A stretch of 41,747 nt of DNA from Minisyncoccota bacterium (lineage in GTDB: Bacteria > Patescibacteriota > Minisyncoccia > Phycocordibacterales > CAIRYW01), in assembly GCA_036517135.1 (NCBI GenBank), contig DATDXX010000051.1, forward strand, positions 1 to 41,747. Direction: 5' to 3'. Below are positions 1 through 7,831 of this stretch, piece after piece. Numbering within the stretch: position 1 is the stretch's first letter; every line of letters begins with the position of its first letter. The notes below the pieces were generated by a model. It made no database searches, was not told the DNA's origin, and worked only from the letters and a program-made list of their open reading frames with translations. A program made the translations under genes and the position numbers.

Positions 1-2791
1 CTTCTGTTGTGTTGCAATAGAGGGCATTAAGCCACCATCTTGTAGTCTTATAGAAGTATCCGGTAGGAATATTCTCGTTTGGGTGAAGTCCCGCAACTAC
101 CCATGGCCTTAGGACATTAATGCCGTATTTAAGCTGGAACGCATTGACTGCCGCTTGAGTAGCCGTGTCATAGACACCTGTTATTTTAAGTCCTGCATTT
201 TCATACTGGTTAAGGAATAGTTGGAGCCTTACCACATCCTCAAGGTTGTTGCTTCTACCGAATTTGATGTATGAGCGAATATGTTCTGGACAACTAAGAG
301 CACCTAGGACTTCACCGAGCCCAATGCTTGCCCCAAGAACTTGGCCTCCGCCGCCTCCACCCCCTACTACACTACCACCTGAAGAGGTCTCACGAATAGG
401 CACACATTGACCATCTACTACTCTTTCGCCTAGTCCGCAGAAAGGACCGCTAGGAGGAGAGTTTGTCTCATCCGTATCCTCCGCGCTTGAGCATCCGGGA
501 TCTGCAGGATAATCGATAAGGTCGTCACCATCGTTGTCTATACCATCGGAGCATGCTGTAGGAGTCGGTACATATGTATTTGTAATTGTGCAAGTGGCCT
601 CCTCTCCGTTTCCAATGGACACCTCATCGCAATTCTCGTATGTAGCTGTGTAGTTTTCGGCAGAATCTTCCACTACAGAGTACACGCCCGCATCTACTGT
701 GACATCTTTTGTGCCATCTTCTCCGATAGGCGTCGTCTCGCCCTCGTTTACTGAAAATGTGAAATCACTTGGCACAGCATCGCCTCCTCCTTCATTGTCC
801 ACTATTTTTACAACATGAAGTGTGCCGGGAAGGTCGTCGTTCACGATTGTGCACACTTTAGTTTCTCCTACCCCAAGAGTCACATTGCCATCTACATCAC
901 AATCGCCGCCGATAACGCTTGTGTAGCCAGACAATTGATCCTCGCTCACTTCGTAGCTTCCGGCAGACAATTCATTGCTCTGTCCGCTCGTGACTTCATC
1001 TTCATCTATATAAAGCGTGAAATCGCTTACTTCCTTTGTGCCGCCGTTGTCGTTTGTGACTGTTTTTATGACTGTAAGCCCTGGGACAATATCGTCATTT
1101 GTGACGGTACATTCTTTCACATCTCCCGGGGCAAGTGTGATATTGCCGTCAGAATCGCAATCGCCTCCGATTGTACCCATGTACCCCGATTGATTCGTTT
1201 CGCTCACAGCGTATGTGCCTGCGTTAAATGAATTTTGCTCGCCGGAATTTACAGAGCCGTCATCCACAAACAATGGGAAATCCCCTACCCCGAGCGTACC
1301 GCCGTCATTGTTGTCAACAATTTTTGTGACTGTAAGTTTTGCCGGCTGGTCGTCGTTGGTGATCGTACATGTCTTTGGAGTAGTAGAAGATACTGTGACA
1401 TTGCCATTGGAATCGCAATCGCCGCTAAATGTAGCTGTGTATCCCGCTGAGTTCGTCTCGCTCACCACATGTGTACCTTCAGAAGTCGTGGTAGCGACAC
1501 CGGAGCTTACAGACATACCGCCTACAAGGAGTGGAAAATCCCCTACCCCCTTTGTTCCAAGATTATCATTTATAACAGCTTTGATGACAGTGAGAGAGCC
1601 GGTTGGCTGGACGAATATGTTGGTGATTGTGCAGGATGCGCTTCCTCCTGTAGGCACATTTACCACCCCGCTCGCATTACAATCTCCGCTGAATACTCCG
1701 GTGTAATTTGCTTGAGATGTTTCCGAGACAGTATGCGATCCGGCACCCGTTGTGGAAGCAACACCGGATGTGACGGACATACCGTCAACAAAGAGTGGAA
1801 AATCTTGAACACTTAAAGTACCTCCGTTCACTATTTTAGTAACAGTAAGAGATCCTGTTGGTGGCACATATGTATTAGTAATGGTACAAGATTTCGGTGT
1901 GCTCGTTGAAACAGTTACACTGCCGTCTGCATCGCAATCTCCACTGAAAACACCGGTGTAGTTGGCTTGGGATGTCTCTGAAACGGTGTGTACTCCTTCG
2001 CTTGTCGTCGTTGAGACGCCGGACGAAACTGACATACCATCAAGAAACAGCGGAAAGTCTTGAATACCTAAAGTGCCTCCCACCACTACTTTAGTGACGG
2101 TAAGAGAGCCGGTGGTGACGATAAATGTGTTGGTGATGGTGCATGCCTTAGGTGTTGTGGACGAGACGGTCACATTGCCTTGAGCATCGCAGTCGCCGCT
2201 GATAACCGCGGTATATTCAGAGTCTGATGTCTCGCTAATGACATGCGCGCCCTCGCTCGTAGTAGTGGCTACGCCAGATGTGACGGGCATGCCGTCCACG
2301 AATAGTGGAAAGTCCTGAACGCCTAAGGTGCCCCCGCTTACTACTTTTGTGACAGTAAGAGAGCCAGTGGAAGAAGTGACGCAAATTTCTACACTGGCTG
2401 TGGCTATCGCATCGCCGTCATTGCCGGGAGGAGTCTGATGATAGATGCGCGCTGTGACCGTATAACTACCTCCTGTGGAATAGGCATGCGAGTCGGAGTA
2501 TGAGCGGGTGCTTGGATCCTCCGGACCAAAAGCGCTTGTTTCTTGCTCGTCATTTACTGTGCCATCGTCCCAATCTATCTGGATGTGGTATTGACTTGCC
2601 AGACCTGGAGGAGGATCGGCAATAGCCGAGCCGGAGACGGTAAAAGTAGTGCCCGGCGCCTGGCATCCCTGCGGTGAAATATCAATGCTGGAAATCGCGG
2701 TCGTTGATTGGGCAGCAAGAGCCACGAGAGGAATTGCTACCGCCAAAGCTACAGCGGCTGATTGAAATAGAGATTTATAATTTATTTGCAT
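1..2791 (-). CDS. Secreted cell-surface repeat protein (signal peptide, PKD-like domain, 7 tandem ~87-aa repeats, DNDGD/Cys-rich linker, peptidoglycan-binding domain); C-terminus runs off the window
   Basis: Absent from the ORF track because no stop lies in the window. ATG = revcomp of 2789-2791. My hand translation stays open to base 1: MQINYKSLFQSAAVALAVAIPLVALAAQS .. IDWDDGT..SHAYSTGGSYTVTARI .. (TGSLTVTKVV.GGTL.VQDFPLFVDG..SETSQANYTGVFSGDCD..G.VTV..K.CTITN) x7 .. DGIDNDGDDLIDYPADPGC .. GGGGGGG .. LQLFLNQYENAGLKITGVYDTATQAAVNAFQ. The listed + strand ORFs 815-1816 are antisense shadows. Confidence 0.85.
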   Translation of the reverse strand, partial: MQINYKSLFQSAAVALAVAIPLVALAAQSTTAISSIDISPQGCQAPGTTFTVSGSAIADPPPGLASQYHIQIDWDDGTVNDEQETSAFGPEDPSTRSYSDSHAYSTGGSYTVTARIYHQTPPGNDGDAIATASVEICVTSSTGSLTVTKVVSGGTLGVQDFPLFVDGMPVTSGVATTTSEGAHVISETSDSEYTAVISGDCDAQGNVTVSSTTPKACTITNTFIVTTGSLTVTKVVVGGTLGIQDFPLFLDGMSVSSGVSTTTSEGVHTVSETSQANYTGVFSGDCDADGSVTVSTSTPKSCTITNTYVPPTGSLTVTKIVNGGTLSVQDFPLFVDGMSVTSGVASTTGAGSHTVSETSQANYTGVFSGDCNASGVVNVPTGGSASCTITNIFVQPTGSLTVIKAVINDNLGTKGVGDFPLLVGGMSVSSGVATTTSEGTHVVSETNSAGYTATFSGDCDSNGNVTVSSTTPKTCTITNDDQPAKLTVTKIVDNNDGGTLGVGDFPLFVDDGSVNSGEQNSFNAGTYAVSETNQSGYMGTIGGDCDSDGNITLAPGDVKECTVTNDDIVPGLTVIKTVTNDNGGTKEVSDFTLYIDEDEVTSGQSNELSAGSYEVSEDQLSGYTSVIGGDCDVDGNVTLGVGETKVCTIVNDDLPGTLHVVKIVDNEGGGDAVPSDFTFSVNEGETTPIGEDGTKDVTVDAGVYSVVEDSAENYTATYENCDEVSIGNGEEATCTITNTYVPTPTACSDGIDNDGDDLIDYPADPGCSSAEDTDETNSPPSGPFCGLGERVVDGQCVPIRETSSGGSVVGGGGGGGQVLGASIGLGEVLGALSCPEHIRSYIKFGRSNNLEDVVRLQLFLNQYENAGLKITGVYDTATQAAVNAFQLKYGINVLRPWVVAGLHPNENIPTGYFYKTTRWWLNALYCNTTE
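570..2368 (-). repeat. Seven in-frame tandem coding repeats, roughly 255-265 nt each
   Basis: Recurrent + strand words, e.g. ccgtcaacaaagagtggaaaatc (1782), ccatcaagaaacagcggaaagtc (2038), ccgtccacgaatagtggaaagtc (2292), each encoding FPLF[VL]DG. The N-proximal three units are most alike and the later ones diverge. Confidence 0.8.
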
Positions 2792-2937
2792 AGTTTATAA
2801 TTTATTTATTAAACAAAATCAACATATGACCAACTTTCGCCAGCACGCTCTTGACTGGGAAAGATCAAAAGAACTTTTTTTATTGTCTAACTAGTCCCAT
2901 CTGTATACTCCTTTACCTTAGAAATGTCAAGAGTTGC

Positions 2938-2972
2938 TATCCACTCGTTATCAACCTGTTATCCACTAGTTA
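2938..2972. repeat. Two 13-nt direct repeats TATCCACTnGTTA spaced 22 nt apart, ~150-180 nt upstream of the surface-protein ATG (possible operator)
   Basis: tatccactcgtta (2938-2950) and tatccactagtta (2960-2972). 12/13 identical. Confidence 0.5.
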
Positions 2973-3050
2973 ATCATCCTTGCATTTGCTCGGTATTTTA
3001 GCGCTTATCATCTGCTTAATCTCCATTGTTTTAAAAAAATGCTTGCGCGA

Positions 3051-3422
3051 TTAGGCACAAGCTTTGCGAGAATTGTCTTTTCTCTTTTGTTGCCACTCTT
3101 TCTCTTCTATTTTCCAGAGATCCTTTAGCCAAAGAACCATGTTGTTGTAGAGATCTGCCGTTGGAAAATAAAGGCCTGCGTTACCCTCTTTTACCGTTAT
3201 TTCAGTTGGTAGCGGCATTAAAGGAAGTTTCTCCATCATGAAAAGATTTGGCACAGAATTGTTGCTGGATGATCTCACCCGCAGCATAATCTGATCGTGA
3301 ATCTCCTTAGACAATTTTACCCCTTCCACCTCATACTCGATGATTGCGCAAAGCGGCTTGGTAAACCCTGTCCCTTTGAGTCTATGGACAGTTATTTTTG
3401 TCAGTTTTCCCTGCATGAACAT
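3051..3422 (-). CDS. Hypothetical protein (123 aa)
   Basis: ORF-track ORF with ATG start. One of the few genes here with an SD-like ggagaggag immediately 5' of the ATG. No recognisable motif. Confidence 0.55.
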   Translation of the reverse strand: MFMQGKLTKITVHRLKGTGFTKPLCAIIEYEVEGVKLSKEIHDQIMLRVRSSSNNSVPNLFMMEKLPLMPLPTEITVKEGNAGLYFPTADLYNNMVLWLKDLWKIEEKEWQQKRKDNSRKACA

Positions 3423-3520
3423 CTCCTCTCCATCATCAGATTACATTTTTATTCCACATAGTCAAAGTATTAAAACTTCTGATGCTGTGTACAATCAGAA
3501 TTATCCACGCGCTTCTCGCT

Positions 3521-3529
3521 TGTTAGAAT
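3521..3529 (+). promoter_or_regulatory. Extended -10 box TGtTAGAAT that would start a + strand transcript at about 3535-3537
   Basis: tgttagaat at 3521-3529, directly upstream of the first GC-rich hairpin of the structured element. Confidence 0.35.
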
Positions 3530-3532
3530 AAA

Positions 3533-3731
3533 ATACCTCGGGGCTCTGCCCCGAGGTATTGTTGGAACTTGCTCCACTCGTTTATTACCGCGGCTGAGCC
3601 GCGGAGTATTGAACTTTGTTAGCTACTCGGCTCGGAAATGGAAAAGAGTACTTTTCCATTTCCCTCGCTCTACGTCGCCAATAAAAAATGCCTTTACTGG
3701 TAAAGTAAAGGCGTTCGGGTTTTGGTTTTTT
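3533..3731 (+). ncRNA. Candidate structured RNA / repeat element, copy E1 (GC-rich hairpins + GGAAATGGAAAAG hairpin + terminator)
   Basis: Hairpins: atacctcgggg-ctctg-ccccgaggtat (3533-3559), ccgcggc-tga-gccgcgg (3588-3604), ggaaatggaaaag-agt-acttttccatttcc (within core 3626-3677), gcctttac-tggtaaa-gtaaaggc (3690-3712) followed by a T-rich run. Same architecture as 8628-8817. Confidence 0.35.
3690..3712. terminator. Intrinsic terminator hairpin usable on both strands (ends the minus-strand gene 3741-4037; also the 3' end of element E1)
   Basis: 8-bp stem gcctttac/gtaaaggc. A-run 3683-3688 upstream gives a U-run on the minus strand, and a T-rich tract lies downstream on +. Confidence 0.5.
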
Positions 3732-3740
3732 GTTTGAAAA

Positions 3741-4037
3741 TTATCGGGCGAGTGCGCTTGGCGCACTCATGATGGATGCGAGTATCATCCATGCAAGAGC
3801 TAAATCCAGCTCCGCCAGGTCGTCGGCGGTAAGATGGTCTTCAGTTTGCACAAGTTGTGCCTTTGCGGCCTCACATCTTCCCGGACAAAATGCCGGATGA
3901 CATGAAACAAACCCGGCTCTGAAGAATCTGGCTTCTGCCGCAAGGGCCCTTTGGCACCCTGAACGTGAGCAGAAGTCTGAGTCTTCTGTATCACCCTCAA
4001 TTGGCCTTCCGCAACACGCACATGTTGACATTAACAT
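3741..4037 (-). CDS. Hypothetical Cys-rich small protein (98 aa) with hydrophobic C-terminus
   Basis: ATG-initiated ORF: MLMSTCACCGRPIEGDTEDSDFCSRSGC..CHPAFCPGRC..LALAWMILASIMSAP. Visibly more GC-rich than its flanks. An overlapping 73-aa ORF in another frame makes the frame choice less certain. Confidence 0.45.
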   Translation of the reverse strand: MLMSTCACCGRPIEGDTEDSDFCSRSGCQRALAAEARFFRAGFVSCHPAFCPGRCEAAKAQLVQTEDHLTADDLAELDLALAWMILASIMSAPSALAR

Positions 4038-4175
4038 TTTTGTAGTAGTTTTTGGTTGCTTTTGGGATTTTTTACCCTTTCCAAAACCACGGAAAGAGCA
4101 TTCACTGACATATTATACCGCTCTTTAAATTTAGTCTATGTGTTTTTTTCAGCATATTAATTTGCAATCAATTCC

Positions 4176-4193
4176 TGTTATAATGAAAAAATG
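4176..4193 (+). promoter_or_regulatory. Leaderless-type promoter: TGtTATAAT-N6-ATG of the PLD gene
   Basis: tg(4176-77) t tataat(4179-84) gaaaaa ATG(4191). Confidence 0.55.
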
Positions 4194-5270
4194 ATTCAAA
4201 AATCAGACTGGAAATTTTACAAAAATTCTGAGGAAGGCTGGCAGGCAATGTTAGACGCTATAGAAAGAGCAAAGGAAAGTATTGATCTGGAACAATTTAT
4301 CTTTTTTTACGATTCTATCGGCATAAAATTTTTAAATGCCTTGAAGGCCAAAACAGCAGAAGGTATAAAAGTAAGGATATTCTGCGATGCAGTCGGAAGC
4401 TCTTCCCTCTCATCCGTCACTATTGAAAAAGAGCTAAAAGATGCCGGAATTAAAATAAAGTTTTTTAATTCTATCGTTCCTTGGCATCCAAATAATGAAA
4501 CCCTCTGGTATTTCAGAGATCATAGAAAATTAATGATAATAGATAGGGCAATCGGGTTTACCGGCGGACTGTGTTTAGGCGAGGAAATGAGAGGCTGGCG
4601 GGAAAGTTATGTAAAAATAAGTGGTCCAGTTGTTTTTGAAATGTTAGAATCCTTCGAAATAATGTGGAACAGAACTTACCGGGAAGTTAAGTATTATTTG
4701 AAGAAAAAGAGAATTGATCCCGTTGGTAGTTTTCGATATCTGACTAATTCTCCGCTTCCCGCTAAGCGCCATATGTACCGAGAGCTCATAAAGGCTATAA
4801 GAAGCGCAAAACATTATATCTATCTTACTACGCCTTATTTTCTTCCTGACTCGCGCCTCCTAAGAAATCTGAAACTTGCTGCTGAAAGAGGTGTGCTGGT
4901 GCGTCTTATCGTGCCATTTACTACAAATCATCTCGTTGTAGATATTGGTATGGGCACTTTTTTTGAGGATGTTTTGAAGGCCGGCATTAAAATCTCTCGC
5001 TATACTGCCTCAATGATACATTCTAAAACGGCAGTAATTGACGGAAACTGGTCTACAATCGGCAGTTTGAACCTTGATAACTTGAGCCTGCGTTACAATT
5101 TTGAGGGTAATATCGTCTCTACTGATAAAGAATTTTCCTTTGAGCTCGAAAAACAGTTTCTAAACGACCTGAAACTCTCAACAGAACTTACTCTCCCTTA
5201 TTGGCAAAAACGATCTGTTATCAGAAAAATTGCCGAGCTATTCATATGGCCCATAAGAAAACTTTTGTAG
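4191..5270 (+). CDS. cls: Phospholipase D family protein, cardiolipin synthase-like (two HKD motifs, no N-terminal TM segment)
   Basis: HKD motifs HRKLMIIDRAIGFTGG and HSKTAVIDGNWSTIGSLNLD. 359 aa. Confidence 0.8.
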   Translation: MIQKSDWKFYKNSEEGWQAMLDAIERAKESIDLEQFIFFYDSIGIKFLNALKAKTAEGIKVRIFCDAVGSSSLSSVTIEKELKDAGIKIKFFNSIVPWHPNNETLWYFRDHRKLMIIDRAIGFTGGLCLGEEMRGWRESYVKISGPVVFEMLESFEIMWNRTYREVKYYLKKKRIDPVGSFRYLTNSPLPAKRHMYRELIKAIRSAKHYIYLTTPYFLPDSRLLRNLKLAAERGVLVRLIVPFTTNHLVVDIGMGTFFEDVLKAGIKISRYTASMIHSKTAVIDGNWSTIGSLNLDNLSLRYNFEGNIVSTDKEFSFELEKQFLNDLKLSTELTLPYWQKRSVIRKIAELFIWPIRKLL

Positions 5271-5272
5271 AG

Positions 5273-5308
5273 AAAAATCCCTTCCGCCAGCTGGCGGAAG
5301 GGATTTTT
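5273..5308. terminator. Bidirectional intrinsic terminator between convergent cls-like and lysozyme-like genes
   Basis: Perfect palindrome aaaaatcccttccgccagctggcggaagggattttt, with A/T runs on both sides. Confidence 0.75.
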
Positions 5309-5313
5309 CCAAT

Positions 5314-5712
5314 TTACTTCATCGCAATTTCCTGATTCTTCCAGCAAGGACCGGAAGAGTTCCACGGTACTGTTCCTTCTTTAAGAAAAAGATATTTAGC
5401 GTAAGCTAGATTGCCTTCAAGAGTATCAAGGTCAAGTTCAAGTGAAGTTGCTTTCTTTAGGTGATAAGTGGTGTTAACTTGCATCACGCCAACATCGTTC
5501 GGGTTGACTTTACCTCGAAAGACAGAGCCGTCCTTTTCAAACTGCCTGAAGCGAGATTCGCACCAAGCAATTTTGATCATGATTGGATCGTCCTTGAAAT
5601 AATCTGTTACTTTTTCTTTGATTGTTTTAGGAACTTCGATGGATGGAGTCGTGGTTGCGACAACCTCCGTGATAGGACTTGTGCTCTGGCCTACCATAAA
5701 AGCGGATGCCAA
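5314..5712 (-). CDS. Membrane-anchored lysozyme-like (SLT / lytic transglycosylase-like) protein
   Basis: AWCESRFRQF...DVGVMQVN...Y resembles the E-S ... GLMQ ... Y pattern of SLT domains. The track start is a TTG. The hydrophobic N-terminus continues upstream (LIVSIIAGLGLL), so the true start is uncertain. Confidence 0.55.
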   Translation of the reverse strand: MASAFMVGQSTSPITEVVATTTPSIEVPKTIKEKVTDYFKDDPIMIKIAWCESRFRQFEKDGSVFRGKVNPNDVGVMQVNTTYHLKKATSLELDLDTLEGNLAYAKYLFLKEGTVPWNSSGPCWKNQEIAMK

Positions 5713-5798
5713 GAGGCCAAGTCCTGCAATAATACTAACAATAAGCTATAACTTTAATTTTAATTCTGGAGCACAGACCCGGTAGCAATTCGGTATAA

Positions 5799-5823
5799 AT
5801 AAAAAACCAGAGACTTCTGGTTT
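5799..5823 (-). terminator. Intrinsic terminator downstream of the Nramp gene
   Basis: Minus-strand aaccagaagtctctggtt followed by ttttttattt. It lies ~155 nt after the stop. Confidence 0.5.
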
Positions 5824-5975
5824 GCCCTACCAGCCTAGCATATCCTGTCAAGGAAGTCAATCCGAATACTTAATTTTTGGAGTGTGAAATACTTAAATTA
5901 TGTTGAAATATATGGATATTTTAGAAATGTATATTTGACAAAAATTCATTCATATTGCAAGAAATAGAGCAAAGA

Positions 5976-7235
5976 TCAGAGAAAGACTGCGATTCCTGCA
6001 CCAGCCATGAGAGCAATGGTAAACCAGCCTAAAAATGAGCTCAATTTACCGCTTTTGAATTTTCCCATTACCTCTTTTTTGCCTGCTAGGATCACTATAA
6101 ATACGAGCGCTATGGGCGACACGATGGCGTTTGCAACAGATGAGTATATAAGCGCTTTTATGGGATTAATTCCAAAAAAGTTAAATAAAAGTCCGGCAAT
6201 GACCGACAAAGCGATAACAGAATAAAATGCAACAGCATCAGATGGTTTTCTATAAAGACCTTCTTTCCACCCAAATGACTCGGAAAGAATATAGGCGGAT
6301 GAGCCGGCAAGCACGGGGATCGCAAGAAGTCCTGTGGATATTATACCGAAGGCAAACAATAATCCTGCAAACTCCCCTGCGAGAGGCCGCAATGCAAGCG
6401 CCGCCTCTGCAGCACTAGTAATATTAATGATACCGGCGGGAAAAAGTGTTGCGGCACAAACAGCTATAACAAAAAACATCACAAGGTTTGAAAAAAACAT
6501 TCCTCCCCAGACATCTGCGCGCATTTTTCTGATTCCCTTTGGTCCATCTAACATGCGCTTTTCTATCGTATTATCACCAATTTTTATTTCCTCCTCCACT
6601 TCCTCGGAAGCTTGCCAGAAAAAAAGATATGGAGAGATAGTTGTGCCCAAGACTGCTGCAACGATGAGAATATTATCTTTTGTCCAACTAAACTGAGGAG
6701 TAAATGCATTCTGGAAAACTAGGCTCCAATCTAAATCTATAAGAACTCCTACAGCAATATAGGCAACTAAAGTAAACGCAAGCCACTTCAGATACCTTGA
6801 ATAAGCGGCATAGCTTTCAAAAATTTCAAGAAAAATGCATATCGCTGCGATTAAGATAAGAGGCAGAGCAAGCGGAGCGGAAGGAAAAAAGATCCGCACT
6901 GCGTCAGCCATACCTCCGAGATCAGCACCAATATTTAACGTATTTACAAATACAACGAGACCACCACAAAAATAAAGCCATTTTTTAGAGAAGTGAATGC
7001 GGATATTTTCTGCAAGTCCCCTGCCAGTCACAAGCGCGATGCGAGCGCACATTTCCTGCACCACCGCCATCAACGGATAAGTATATGCCGCAAGCCAAAG
7101 ATATGTGAATCCGAATCCGGCACCCGCTTGGGAATACGTCGCAATACCAGCTGGATCGTCATCAGCAGCACCTGTAACAATGCCGGGGCCGATTTTACTC
7201 CAATATTTTTTTATTTTTTCTATAACTACAGCCAC
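5976..7235 (-). CDS. mntH: Nramp-family divalent metal (Mn2+/Fe2+) transporter
   Basis: GPGIVTGAADDDPAGIATYSQAGAGFGF N-terminal signature, multi-TM, 419 aa. Confidence 0.8.
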   Translation of the reverse strand: MAVVIEKIKKYWSKIGPGIVTGAADDDPAGIATYSQAGAGFGFTYLWLAAYTYPLMAVVQEMCARIALVTGRGLAENIRIHFSKKWLYFCGGLVVFVNTLNIGADLGGMADAVRIFFPSAPLALPLILIAAICIFLEIFESYAAYSRYLKWLAFTLVAYIAVGVLIDLDWSLVFQNAFTPQFSWTKDNILIVAAVLGTTISPYLFFWQASEEVEEEIKIGDNTIEKRMLDGPKGIRKMRADVWGGMFFSNLVMFFVIAVCAATLFPAGIINITSAAEAALALRPLAGEFAGLLFAFGIISTGLLAIPVLAGSSAYILSESFGWKEGLYRKPSDAVAFYSVIALSVIAGLLFNFFGINPIKALIYSSVANAIVSPIALVFIVILAGKKEVMGKFKSGKLSSFLGWFTIALMAGAGIAVFL

Positions 7236-7819
7236 GAAATTTTATATTGCTTAAACTCGCTCAAGAGTGATTTGTCGTAAAAAATCCTCGAGAATGCCTC
7301 TGTTTCCCAAAGCGCGCCATTTATGCCTATATGCGGACCCACCTCACGAGGTATGCCGACATAATCACAAATAAAATCGGAATTTATGTTTGAGCGCCTA
7401 TGAATTGGGTCAATCGGAGGGGACATCTCCCTCTTCATCATATGGAGCCACACTACAGAGTGCAGATCCACGATGCGCTTCGGAAGCGAAATATTAAGAT
7501 GCGCTCTGTGCGTCGCCGCCAGGAGGAATTCAAGGTCAAAATAGCAATTCTGACCTGCTATGGTATGGTCTTTTGCTTCTTTCATCCACTCAATAAACTT
7601 TTGAATCGCTTGCGCCTCCGATGGTTTGGAGGAATCAAAAATCAATTCCCTTGTCATGCCGATTATTTGGAGCGCCTCATTATCCGCGTGAGCGCCAGCG
7701 AATGCGGAGCATTCTATGGAAAATTTTCGTTCTGCATTATCAAAATCAACTGCGCCTATTGAAACTACTGAATGTTTTGAGGGTTCCACACCCGTCGTCT
7801 CTACATCTACGATTATCAT
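7226..7819 (-). CDS. DEDD-family 3'-5' exonuclease (DnaQ/epsilon-like domain)
   Basis: Exo I IIVDVETTG, Exo II AGQNCYFDLEFL, C-terminal H-containing Exo III-like segment. Overlaps the Nramp start by 10 nt. Confidence 0.7.
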   Translation of the reverse strand: MIIVDVETTGVEPSKHSVVSIGAVDFDNAERKFSIECSAFAGAHADNEALQIIGMTRELIFDSSKPSEAQAIQKFIEWMKEAKDHTIAGQNCYFDLEFLLAATHRAHLNISLPKRIVDLHSVVWLHMMKREMSPPIDPIHRRSNINSDFICDYVGIPREVGPHIGINGALWETEAFSRIFYDKSLLSEFKQYKISWL

Positions 7820-7831
7820 GCTTGCATTATA

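Noticed and set aside
815-1816. Four + strand ORFs (815-1231, 1215-1706, 1235-1450, 1469-1816) listed in the track
   Set aside because: They are antisense to the long, domain-rich minus-strand repeat protein and have Cys/Arg/Ser-rich nonsense-like composition. Repetitive coding DNA keeps several frames open.
2937-3509. DnaA-box-like nonamers: TTATCCACt at 2959-2967, TTATCCACg at 3501-3509, and a perfect TTATCCACA at 32280-32288. They raised the possibility of an oriC.
   Set aside because: With one mismatch allowed, roughly nine such sites are expected by chance in 2 x 41.7 kb under uniform base composition. The sites are scattered, there is no dnaA/dnaN neighbourhood, and I saw no AT-rich unwinding repeats.
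3340-3531. + strand 63-aa ORF
   Set aside because: It is antisense to the 5' end of the 3051-3422 gene and runs into a promoter-like region, with low-complexity sequence.
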